IMG/VR virus record: IMGVR_UViG_3300021478_000029
Location: 1-63,565 of that record
DNA length: 63,565 bases
Source of the DNA: a virus
Lineage: Duplodnaviria > Caudoviricetes
Reading direction: 5' to 3' (one strand)
Part shown: piece by piece, positions 8,673 to 17,373 of the stretch
How the letters are laid out: every line of letters begins with the position of its first letter
Numbering within the stretch: the first letter of the stretch is position 1
Program-made: the position numbers and the translations under genes
Notes under the pieces: generated by a model
The model's input: only the letters and a program-made list of their open reading frames with translations
The model's database searches: none
Told to the model about the DNA's origin: nothing

Positions 8673-9479
8673 ATGGCGAAACGCGCCGGAAAGAAAACTC
8701 CGCCGATCAAAACCAACGTGGCACTGGAAACGCTGGTCATCGAGTATGTGCCAATCGAGTCAGTGAAGCCGAACGAATACAATCCCAACCGGATGTCAGA
8801 GAAGGACTTTGAGCTTCTGCTGCGCTCCATGCGGGAGGACGGTTTCACGCAACCCGTCATCGTGCAACGCGAGACGCGGGTCATTGTTGACGGGGAGCAC
8901 CGCTGGCGCGCCGCGGCGCATCTCGGCATGACGACGCTCCCGGTCGTGCTGGTGAGCATGTCCCCGGAGCAAGCGCGGATCGCCACGCTCCGTCACAATC
9001 GAGCTCGTGGCGCCGAGGACCTGCAACTCTCCGCGGAGGTCCTCCGGGACCTGGAAAAGCTCGGCGCGCTTGAGTGGGCCGCGGACAGTCTGATGCTCAG
9101 TGACGCGGAGATTGAAAAGCTACTCGCAGACGTGCCGGCTCCGGACGCGCTGGCCGGCGCTGAATACTCAACGGCATGGGCGCCCGGGGAACGGCCAGAG
9201 GACGCGGAAATCACGGACCGCGCCACCGACACGAACGGCTCCGGGATTGTCCAGACATCCGCCGCGTCAGTGAATGCGCTTGAGGTGCAGCGGCGCCAGG
9301 AAGCGGCAATGGCGACGGCACGCACGGAGGAAGAGCGGGAGCTCGCCCGGAAGGATGGCACGTTCTACCGCATCAACCTGATGTTCGCAGATGATGAGGC
9401 GAAGGTTATCAAAACGGTGCTCGGGGACCGGCCCGCGGAGCGCCTGTTGCAAATCTGCCGGGATCTCGTGCCGGCTTAG
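8673..9479 (+). CDS. ParB/Srx-like N-terminal domain protein (IbrB/YbdM-like)
   Basis: KPNEYNPNRM, GFTQPVIV, IVDGEHRWRA, TLRHNRARG. Confidence 0.88.
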   Translation: MAKRAGKKTPPIKTNVALETLVIEYVPIESVKPNEYNPNRMSEKDFELLLRSMREDGFTQPVIVQRETRVIVDGEHRWRAAAHLGMTTLPVVLVSMSPEQARIATLRHNRARGAEDLQLSAEVLRDLEKLGALEWAADSLMLSDAEIEKLLADVPAPDALAGAEYSTAWAPGERPEDAEITDRATDTNGSGIVQTSAASVNALEVQRRQEAAMATARTEEERELARKDGTFYRINLMFADDEAKVIKTVLGDRPAERLLQICRDLVPA

Positions 9480-9643
9480 TGCAACATGGTGCGTTCACTA
9501 TTTTCTCACGACAACCGCCTTATGGTAGGCGGAACTTGGTTTGGGATGGCCATAATGCACACGCTTGAAGGCCGCTTTCTCTATGGCGCCATTACCTTTG
9601 GGGTGGCCATGGTGATTCTGCCTTACGCGCCGACCAATCGCAC

Positions 9644-10012
9644 CTAGGCCGCAGCGTCGCCGCCCTCGGGCTTTGCGAAGTCCTCCGGCTTTACCGGGAT
9701 GTCCCGGTTGATGATTTTGCTGATCGCGAGATTGGTCGTCATGGCCCAATACTTGAAGCCGTCGCCGAGCTCCAAATACTTGTTCTTCCGGCCGCGAAAG
9801 GTGCCGGTGTAGCCGTGCTGATGGATGGCATGGAACAGGCGGACATAGACCGCCTCAATCTCCGGGCTCCGCATGATATACCAATGGGGAACCTCCGGCA
9901 TGGTCTTAGCGAATCGGAACGGGAGGCCTTTGACGGCCTCCCGCAGCTCAACGATTTCCGGTAGCTCTGCTATTTCCAAGGCGGCGCCTCCAATCCGGTT
10001 GTGGTCACGCAA
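9644..10012 (-). CDS. Conserved hypothetical protein (FAKTMP..PHWY family)
   Basis: FRFAKTMPEVPHWYIMR...YLELGDGFKYWAM. Confidence 0.7.
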   Translation of the reverse strand: MRDHNRIGGAALEIAELPEIVELREAVKGLPFRFAKTMPEVPHWYIMRSPEIEAVYVRLFHAIHQHGYTGTFRGRKNKYLELGDGFKYWAMTTNLAISKIINRDIPVKPEDFAKPEGGDAAA

Positions 10013-10833
10013 ACCTCACCGTTCGCGCTGTTACCGCGGAGTTCTATCATACCGCGGCGGCGGAGTGCACCGGTCAAACCGGGCAACTGACCTTTGGCCA
10101 GGTTGTGCGGCGTGTTGCTATCGTGGATGGCCTTGTATTTGACCCAAACGCCGGCCCGCTCTTTGAGCGGCTTGTCCGTCAGTGCCTTGCAGTCAATCAG
10201 CGCCATCAACAGGCGATCTTGCTCGGGCGTGAGGCCTTGAGCGGCGCCAGCTAATGACACGGGCTTTGACGCCGGAGCCGGCGTGGCGGGCGCCTCACTC
10301 GGGCGCTTTAGGCCAACGATGCCAAGAAAAGGACCGGTTGAGTTCGCCGGAGCGGGAGCGGCCAGGTGGCCGAGGCGGGTCCGGGCACGCTTGGCAACCT
10401 TGGCCGCCTCGCGCTCTAGCCGGGCCTGGCGGAGCTCCTTCACCGAGTCCTTGGCAATCTTGGCCGCGGCCTTTTCCGGATCACCCTCAACGGTCCGGAT
10501 CGGACCATGCAGTGACCGGAGCTCCACGATGTTCCCGCTCACCGCGTCAATGGCCGTGGGGACAAACGCCGCGGCGCGGACTTCTACGACTGCGCCATGG
10601 CGCTCAACGCCATCCGCTACCGCCTTCTTGAGCGCCGCCAGCGGTACATTCACCGGGACCGCGAGGCCTGCTCGCGCCATGGCAACCGGCGCCGTGACGT
10701 TCATGCGGTCAAGCTCCGCAATAGTCAGCGCCAGGGCGCGCGCATGGGATTCAAACTTGCGGACCGGCTTCTCGCGGTCCGTCACCGCGTTGAACACTTT
10801 GACCAGTTGCGCGGCAGAGAGTTTGTCAAGCAT
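9970..10833 (-). CDS. Hypothetical protein, possible C-terminal winged helix
   Basis: Start re-called at ATG 10833 (AGGAG SD, hairpin, promoter); C-terminal GALRRRGMIEL...VTTTG resembles wHTH. Confidence 0.7.
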   Translation of the reverse strand: MLDKLSAAQLVKVFNAVTDREKPVRKFESHARALALTIAELDRMNVTAPVAMARAGLAVPVNVPLAALKKAVADGVERHGAVVEVRAAAFVPTAIDAVSGNIVELRSLHGPIRTVEGDPEKAAAKIAKDSVKELRQARLEREAAKVAKRARTRLGHLAAPAPANSTGPFLGIVGLKRPSEAPATPAPASKPVSLAGAAQGLTPEQDRLLMALIDCKALTDKPLKERAGVWVKYKAIHDSNTPHNLAKGQLPGLTGALRRRGMIELRGNSANGEVCVTTTGLEAPPWK

Positions 10834-10854
10834 CGGATAGCTCCTAAACGCGTC

Positions 10855-10873
10855 ATCGGCGCCAATCGCCGGC
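10855..10873 (-). promoter_or_regulatory. Conserved 5'-UTR hairpin, copy 6
   Basis: GCCGGCG-AUUGG-CGCCGAU, 21 nt upstream of ATG 10833. Confidence 0.7.
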
Positions 10874-10881
10874 AACACCCC

Positions 10882-10910
10882 CTTATACCAACGTTCCGTT
10901 GGTATTCATA
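10882..10910 (-). promoter_or_regulatory. Promoter with operator O5
   Basis: -10 TATAAG, weak -35; perfect inverted repeat ATACCAAC-GTTCC-GTTGGTAT at 10885-10905. Confidence 0.75.
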
Positions 10911-11003
10911 CATCAATCGTTAATCATGCCATGCGACTGACGCTTTTATGTGCGGCACTCACTGCATGGCACCGATCCACGCGGCAATGAAGCGGTGCAA
11001 CAA

Positions 11004-11600
11004 ATGAAGGCAGGACGGAAACCAACACCGGCGGCCCTACTCAAATTGAAGGGCACAGAGAACGTCACTAGGGCGCGTGAGCGCGGCCCGGAGCCGGAGG
11101 CGCCGGGGGACTTGCTGGCAGAGCCGCCCGACTGGCTCTCAGACGGCCAGGCGGCTTCCTGGCGCTATGCCGTTGAGCATGCGCCGCGAAGCATCCTCCG
11201 CTTGATCGACCGCGGCTTGCTCACCGTCTGGTGCGAGGCGGAGGACCGCCACCGGCGGGCCACGGAAGCACAAGCGATGCTCGACAAGCGCTCCCCGCGT
11301 CTACCGTTCATGATGTTACGGCGCAAAGCGCCTCCCAAGGCCAAGAAGGGGGACGATGACGCCAAGAAGGACGGTGAGGCCGCGCCGGCGCCGGCGGCAG
11401 AAATGCCGGAGCTATCGGTGAGCCCATATCTCTCGATCATCAACCAAGCGGCGCAAGTCATGATCCGCGCCGCGTCGGAAATGGGCTTCGCGCCGGCGGC
11501 ACGGCCGCGCCTGGCGGAGACGAATCCCGGGGCGGCCGTGCCGAACGACTCCCCGTGGCACAAGCTCCGGGTCCTGCAAGGCGGCCGTGAGAGCGCTTAG
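11004..11600 (+). CDS. terS: Terminase small subunit (P27 family)
   Basis: GRKPTPAALLKLKG, PPDWL, EMGFAPAARPRL; directly upstream of terL; start re-called at ATG 11004. Confidence 0.9.
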   Translation: MKAGRKPTPAALLKLKGTENVTRARERGPEPEAPGDLLAEPPDWLSDGQAASWRYAVEHAPRSILRLIDRGLLTVWCEAEDRHRRATEAQAMLDKRSPRLPFMMLRRKAPPKAKKGDDDAKKDGEAAPAPAAEMPELSVSPYLSIINQAAQVMIRAASEMGFAPAARPRLAETNPGAAVPNDSPWHKLRVLQGGRESA

Positions 11601-11605
11601 CGGTC

Positions 11606-13333
11606 ATGGCGCGCCGCTCCCGTAGCCGACCGATCGACGTAACCGGCTATCCGCCGGGCGTCATCAAGGGCATTCGCTACGCGGCCTCGCTTGAGAGCGG
11701 GGACATTCCGGCCTGTAAGCTGGCCATCGCCGCGGCGCGCCGATTCCTAGGTGATCTGCGGAAGGCGGAGGCGGGCCGCGGTGAATGGGAGTTCCGCGCC
11801 GGTGCCGCCGAGGCCTCCATGCTGTTCGCGTCCTTACTGCCGAACATCAAGGGTCCGCTCGCCGGCAAGGCGCTAATCTTGATGCCGTGGCAATGCTTTA
11901 TCATGGCCAATTTGTTCGGTTTCTACGAGCGCGGCACTGATGCGCGACGCTTCCGCCAGGCGGTGATATTTGTTCCGAGAGGGAATGGAAAAACTTCATT
12001 AGCCGCTCCGGTGGCGCTCTATCTGACCTTCTGTGAAGGGGAGGGCGGAGCGGAAGGATACGCCGCGGCCGTCACGCGTTCACAGGCACGCATCCTATTC
12101 GACACCGCTCAAGAAATGGTCCGACGCTCCCCGGAGTTCCGGAGCGAGTATGGCGTTGATACCCTGACCAACGCGATATTTCAACAGCGCTCCGCCTCCA
12201 AGTTCGTGCCGATTTCCAGTGACGCAAAGGCCTTGGACGGGTTGAACGTGCACGTGGCCGTCTGCGACGAGATAGCGTCACACCGCACGTCACACGTCTA
12301 TGACGTGCTGCTCACTGCCATGGGGAAGCGGCTCCATCCGCTGCTCATTTCGATCAGCACCGCCACGGCGAACAATTCAGGGATCGGGCGGAGCCTCTGG
12401 AATTACGCCGTGCGCGTGCTTGAGGGGCGCCAGGCGGACCCGCGGCTCTTCGCGCTGATCCATTGCGCGGATGATGATGATGACATCTGGGATGAGCGGA
12501 CCTGGGTCAAGGCAAATCCGAACTGGGGAGTCAGTGTTCAACCGGACGCGATCCGCGCCATCGCGCGCCAGGCCCGTAACAACCCGGTGCAGGAGTCGGT
12601 GTTCAAAACCCGTCATCTCAACCTATGGGTCGGCGCCGATGATGCGTTGTTCTCCATGCGGGCCTGGCGGGAGTGCGCGCGTCCGCTGAAGCTTGATGAC
12701 TTCGTTGGGCAGCACTGCGACATCGCGGTTGATTTGGCGGCAAAGACGGACCTGGCGGCCGTGCAGCTGACGTTCTCGCGGGAGGACCCGGAAACCGGGC
12801 AACTCCGCTACAGCACGTTCGGCCGATACTACACGCCGGAGGCGGTCATACTTGAGGCGCGCCAGGCGGAATATGCGGCATGGGCGGCCGGTGGGCACAT
12901 GGTTGTCACGCCTGGCAATGAAATCGACTTCACGACCATTGAAGAGCACCTTCTGGAAGACTGCGCTCGGTTCCAAGTGGGCTCCGTGGCCTATGACCCG
13001 TGGAGCGCAACACAGTTGGCGCAGCGGCTCAGCGCGCAAGGTGTGCCGGTCATCGAGTTCCGGCCGACCACGCAGAATTTCTCGGAACCGACCAAAGAGC
13101 TCGACGCGGCCATGCAGGCGGCCAGGATTGAGCATGACGGCAATCCGGTCCTGGAATGGTGCATCGGCAACGTGGTCGGTCACTATGACGCGCGCGGCAA
13201 CGTCTATCCCCGGAAAAATCGGCCGGAACAAAAGATCGACGGCGCGATTGCGCTCATCATGACGTTGGGCCGCGCGATGACCGCGCGGGAGGAAATACCA
13301 TACGGGGACGGTCGCGGCCTGCTGATCGTGTGA
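11606..13333 (+). CDS. terL: Terminase large subunit (HK97-type)
   Basis: Walker A VPRGNGKTS, Walker B AVCDEIASH, WVKANPN, KIDGAIA. Confidence 0.97.
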   Translation: MARRSRSRPIDVTGYPPGVIKGIRYAASLESGDIPACKLAIAAARRFLGDLRKAEAGRGEWEFRAGAAEASMLFASLLPNIKGPLAGKALILMPWQCFIMANLFGFYERGTDARRFRQAVIFVPRGNGKTSLAAPVALYLTFCEGEGGAEGYAAAVTRSQARILFDTAQEMVRRSPEFRSEYGVDTLTNAIFQQRSASKFVPISSDAKALDGLNVHVAVCDEIASHRTSHVYDVLLTAMGKRLHPLLISISTATANNSGIGRSLWNYAVRVLEGRQADPRLFALIHCADDDDDIWDERTWVKANPNWGVSVQPDAIRAIARQARNNPVQESVFKTRHLNLWVGADDALFSMRAWRECARPLKLDDFVGQHCDIAVDLAAKTDLAAVQLTFSREDPETGQLRYSTFGRYYTPEAVILEARQAEYAAWAAGGHMVVTPGNEIDFTTIEEHLLEDCARFQVGSVAYDPWSATQLAQRLSAQGVPVIEFRPTTQNFSEPTKELDAAMQAARIEHDGNPVLEWCIGNVVGHYDARGNVYPRKNRPEQKIDGAIALIMTLGRAMTAREEIPYGDGRGLLIV

Positions 13334-13348
13334 TGGAGGGCCAGGCCG

Positions 13349-14683
13349 ATGGCAGGTTATTGGTCCCGGATCGCAGACGCGATTCTTGGCAAAGACGCGG
13401 ACGATAACGGCTCCGGGCTCCCGGACGGATTTGGCGAGTGGGGCATGTCAGAGGCCGGAGCTCCGGTCAATTCATGGTCCGCAATGCATCACGGGCCGGT
13501 CATGGCGGCCGTGTCGATACTGGCGGAGGACCTGGCGAAAATCCCAGTAGGTGTATACCGCCGCCGGGATGACGGCGGCAAAGAGCCTGCGACGGACCAC
13601 GTGCTCCACAAGCTACTCAAGAAGCCGAACGATTATCAAACGGGCTTTGAGTGGAAGGAAATGATGCAGGCGGCGCTTGTCCTCCGGGGCAACGCCTATT
13701 CAGTCATAGTGCGGAACGGACGCGGGGAACCTCTTTCCCTCGTGCCGATCCATCCCGACCGGGTCATGCTTTGGGAGGCGCCGAACGGCGATTACTTCTA
13801 CCTGGTCACGCGCAACGGCTTGCATGAAATGGCAATGCTGCGTTCCATGCCATCGCTCATTCCGTCTGAGGACATACTGCATCTGCGATGGATGCAGTTC
13901 TTTCATTCGTTGATGGGGAGCTCCCGCATCAGCCTAGGCCGCGAGCCCATAGGCCTCGGCATGAGCCTGGCGGAGCACCATAGCCGCTTCGCCGGCCAGG
14001 GGACGCGGCTTGCCGGCTACCTCTCCACCGACAAAAGCCTGCCGGATGACGCGCGGAAGGACCTGAAGAGCGCTTGGGAGAAAAACTACGCCGGCCCGCG
14101 CTCGGCCGGGCGGACGGCGGTCCTGGAATACGGCCTCAAATGGCAGCAACTCGGCATGAGCATGGTCGATGCCGAATTCATGGCGTCCCGGGAGTTTCAG
14201 CTTCGTGAGGTCGCACGCGTGTTCGGCCTCCCGCCTTACAAGCTCGGCATCATGGGCGCTGACAGCGGTCCGTCGCTTGTGCAGCAAGGCCAGGAATATC
14301 TCAACGGCCCGATGTCTGGATACTGTGAACGGTGGAAGGCATCGCTGGAACGGCAATTCGACATAGACGGAGACGACACCTTCATATTTTGGGACTATTC
14401 GCATTGGTTGCGTGCAGACATTCAAACGCGCTTCACGGCTTATCGTCAAAGCGTCGGCGCGCCGTGGATGGCCGTCAATGAAGCAAGACGCTCGGAAGGC
14501 CTGCCGGAGCAAGAGCACGGTGACGACGTGTTGCAACCAACCAACCTCGCACCGCTCGGATGGGAGCCGCCGGAAAAGCCCGCCGGCGGTGCATCGGGCA
14601 GTGATCAAACGGGCTCACCAGGCCAGGGCGGGGACGGGGACGCGGACAAGCTCCCTGGCGAAGAGCCGGCGCCAACCAACTGA
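13349..14683 (+). CDS. Portal protein (HK97 family)
   Basis: LRGNAY, PIHPDRV, EVARVFGLPP, NEARRSEGL. Confidence 0.95.
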   Translation: MAGYWSRIADAILGKDADDNGSGLPDGFGEWGMSEAGAPVNSWSAMHHGPVMAAVSILAEDLAKIPVGVYRRRDDGGKEPATDHVLHKLLKKPNDYQTGFEWKEMMQAALVLRGNAYSVIVRNGRGEPLSLVPIHPDRVMLWEAPNGDYFYLVTRNGLHEMAMLRSMPSLIPSEDILHLRWMQFFHSLMGSSRISLGREPIGLGMSLAEHHSRFAGQGTRLAGYLSTDKSLPDDARKDLKSAWEKNYAGPRSAGRTAVLEYGLKWQQLGMSMVDAEFMASREFQLREVARVFGLPPYKLGIMGADSGPSLVQQGQEYLNGPMSGYCERWKASLERQFDIDGDDTFIFWDYSHWLRADIQTRFTAYRQSVGAPWMAVNEARRSEGLPEQEHGDDVLQPTNLAPLGWEPPEKPAGGASGSDQTGSPGQGGDGDADKLPGEEPAPTN

Positions 14684-14694
14684 AGGAGTGAGCT

Positions 14695-15144
14695 ATGAGT
14701 GATACGAAAGCCGCCGCTGACAAACAGGCCGCTGACCGCACGGCCGCCGACAAAGAAGCCGCTGACCGCCAGAAGGCCGTCAAAACTGATCCCAAGCAGG
14801 ACGCATTGCATGATGCGTTCGGGCACGTGGATAACGCGCTAGCCGGCGGACGTGACGGTGACGTGCGCTCCGTGGCCGCGGCCGTCGTGCATCTGGTGAA
14901 TATCATGCGGTTGCATCTGTGTCCGGATACCGTTGCCGCAAAGGCAGAGGCGGACGCGAAGGCCGCGGATGATGCCGCGGCAAAGGCGGACGCGGAGACG
15001 AAGGCAATCCAGGAAGAGGCGGAGCGCATCGCAGCGCAGGCGGAAAAGGATCGTAAAACCGCACTGGCGCAGGCGGAGGCGGACCGCATCACCGCCGCGG
15101 CGCAGGTGGAAGCGGACCGCCAGGCGGCCTCACAGGCGGCTTAG
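14695..15144 (+). CDS. Ala/charged coiled-coil protein
   Basis: AAGGAG SD; AADK/AADR repeats. Confidence 0.7.
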   Translation: MSDTKAAADKQAADRTAADKEAADRQKAVKTDPKQDALHDAFGHVDNALAGGRDGDVRSVAAAVVHLVNIMRLHLCPDTVAAKAEADAKAADDAAAKADAETKAIQEEAERIAAQAEKDRKTALAQAEADRITAAAQVEADRQAASQAA

Positions 15145-15235
15145 CATACGCTATCCCAACATTCCTACGGACTGACGCGGTGGTGAGACACCGCGCCAGT
15201 CCTGACCGATCAACCCGCTTATACGGAGCGAGGCA

Positions 15236-16141
15236 ATGGCTGCGTTGCAACTTACGCTCGACTTGCGCTGTGATGAAGTCCCATCCCTTCGAGTCAGGTC
15301 CCGCACCGGGGCTAAAGTGCCATGTGATCATTGCGGCAGACTACATTGGCGCAAGAAACGGAGACTCAATAGGAACAACACTCCCGCAAGACTGCATCCA
15401 AGCAGCGGAGGATGGTTCTGCTCTAGACAATGCCGAGGAAAGGCAGAGAGAAGCAAAAGGATACGCCTTACCTGCCTTCACTGCGGAACGCCCGTTGAAC
15501 GGACCACAAGTCAAGTGCGCAAGAGGACCTTCTGTTCTCGATCTTGCAAGGACACTTACGGCCTATCAGAGGTTAGGTGTTGCTGGCCCGGATGCGTGAT
15601 CATGTTGCCTTGTCGTATCACGGACGGAGTAGATCGGCACGGGCAGCCACTTCGAGAACATAAAACCGTGCTGCTCAAGCGCGGCGTCTATGTAAAGCAT
15701 CCTATGTGCTCGAAACACAGACGAATTGCTTTTGAATATCTAGGCCGCAACTCTCGTGTCACGACCGGACGCACAAGATTGGGATACGGGGAAGAATACG
15801 ATACGAGAGGGGCATCCAGCCTGTTTCTCCGCATGGTGCTGTTCGAGAGGGCAGGGAAGCGATGCGAGGAATGCTCAATAGCGCTTGAATTCACGGCGCC
15901 TAAGTCCTGGCAGACCGATCATATAGTTCCAGTATTCAAGGGCGGCCGGACTACGCTGACTAACCTAAGAACCCTCTGCAAAAAGTGCCATGATGTGAAA
16001 ACTGCGGCAGAAAAATCAGAGGCCGCACTTGAACGCCATCAAAATACCAAATTGCATCGGTGGATGACCCACTATCAAAAGGACCGCTTGATTGAAAGGC
16101 TCCGCGCCCGTCTATCAGAATTAGGGGCGCCGACGGACTGA
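15236..16141 (+). CDS. HNH endonuclease with N-terminal Cys-rich Zn motifs (probable homing endonuclease)
   Basis: FCSRQC/FCSRSC repeats; CEEC...TDHIVP...GG...NLRTLCKKCH; visibly lower GC than neighbours. Confidence 0.85.
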   Translation: MAALQLTLDLRCDEVPSLRVRSRTGAKVPCDHCGRLHWRKKRRLNRNNTPARLHPSSGGWFCSRQCRGKAERSKRIRLTCLHCGTPVERTTSQVRKRTFCSRSCKDTYGLSEVRCCWPGCVIMLPCRITDGVDRHGQPLREHKTVLLKRGVYVKHPMCSKHRRIAFEYLGRNSRVTTGRTRLGYGEEYDTRGASSLFLRMVLFERAGKRCEECSIALEFTAPKSWQTDHIVPVFKGGRTTLTNLRTLCKKCHDVKTAAEKSEAALERHQNTKLHRWMTHYQKDRLIERLRARLSELGAPTD

Positions 16142-16167
16142 GGTCCTTTGCGCGCGAGAGGAAAGAC

Positions 16168-17373
16168 ATGACAGCCCTGATCAGCGTCGAACAATTCCGC
16201 AAGGATGCGAAGGCAAAGCGAGACCCAAGGCCAGTCTTTCGCGTAAGTCTGGAACCTGCCGCGGATGTAGAGGGTGCGTCCCGCACGAAGCGGTTTTGTT
16301 TCAGTGACGGTTCTATTGATAGAATGGGCGACACAATCGACCCGGCAGGATGGGACCTCACTGATTTCACACTAAACCCGGTAGCGTTGTGGGCTCATTC
16401 CTCGATGGACCCGCCGATAGGAAGGGCAAGCAACGTAGCGGTCGAGGGCCAGCGGTTAATGGGCGATATCGAGTTCGCGCCAATCGAAACTTATGCGTTC
16501 GCCGACACGATATTTCGTCTCGTTGACAGCAAGTTTATCAGCGCGTGTTCAGTGGGATTCCTTCCTGTTGAATACTCATTCGTCGAGAATGACCCAGAGC
16601 GAGGATGGGGTATTGATTTCAAAATGCAACAATTACTTGAGATAAGTTTGTGTCCGATTCCTGCCAACCCGAACGCACTGTTGGAGGCCCGGAACAAAGG
16701 TATTGACCTCCGTCCACTCTTTGAATGGGCTGAACGCACGCTTGACAGCGGCGGGATGAGCGTCCTGCCACGTGCTGACCTTGAGAAGCTACGGAAGGAT
16801 GCAGCCATGACCACAAAACGGACGCCAGGCAAGCCGCGTCTCCGCGCGGATGACGAGAACCCGGATGACAAGCCGCCGGAGGACAAGGTTCAAGCCACAT
16901 GCGGACGCAAGGCGGACGCGGAGTGCGGCCTCAAAGACGCGTCCGAGTGCGCGATCCACGGCAAGGCGGAGGACCCGGGCGATAAGCCGGATGACAAGCC
17001 GGACGACGAGAAGCGGCTCCGGGCGCTTCTGTTGCGCTTGCTCGGCGGGACCGCGCCGGTGCGCCGCGAGGCGGACCCGGATGACCTGCCGATGGAGCAC
17101 CATGACGCCATCCGGCTCGCGCACAAATCCATGAAAACGTGCAAGTCATTCCTCGGGGAAGCGATGGGTCACTACGCTAAGGCGATGGACCTGATGGGGC
17201 CGGTCGTGGAAGCACTCAACGAGGGAGCCAGCAACGGGGACGGTGACGACGACTCCGGGAACGGCAACGGAGGCGGCGGCAACGGGGACGGCGATAAACC
17301 GGATGACGCTGACAAGGCGGCGCAGTTGCGTCGTGCTGCGGAGCTTCGCGCGCGGATCAGGCGAGCGGCCTGA
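16168..17373 (+). CDS. Prohead protease (HK97 family) with C-terminal extension
   Basis: DRMGDTI, NPVALWAH, PIG, SVGF, LLEISLCPIPANPNAL. Confidence 0.92.
   Translation: MTALISVEQFRKDAKAKRDPRPVFRVSLEPAADVEGASRTKRFCFSDGSIDRMGDTIDPAGWDLTDFTLNPVALWAHSSMDPPIGRASNVAVEGQRLMGDIEFAPIETYAFADTIFRLVDSKFISACSVGFLPVEYSFVENDPERGWGIDFKMQQLLEISLCPIPANPNALLEARNKGIDLRPLFEWAERTLDSGGMSVLPRADLEKLRKDAAMTTKRTPGKPRLRADDENPDDKPPEDKVQATCGRKADAECGLKDASECAIHGKAEDPGDKPDDKPDDEKRLRALLLRLLGGTAPVRREADPDDLPMEHHDAIRLAHKSMKTCKSFLGEAMGHYAKAMDLMGPVVEALNEGASNGDGDDDSGNGNGGGGNGDGDKPDDADKAAQLRRAAELRARIRRAA

Noticed and set aside
8673-9479. ParB-like gene as part of a parABS partition system
   Set aside because: No adjacent ParA and no HTH/parS-binding domain; its context matches IbrB-type modification clusters
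1600-10905. Hairpin and operator repeats as a CRISPR array
   Set aside because: Copies are hundreds to thousands of bp apart, separated by whole genes and tied to start codons or promoters; no cas genes
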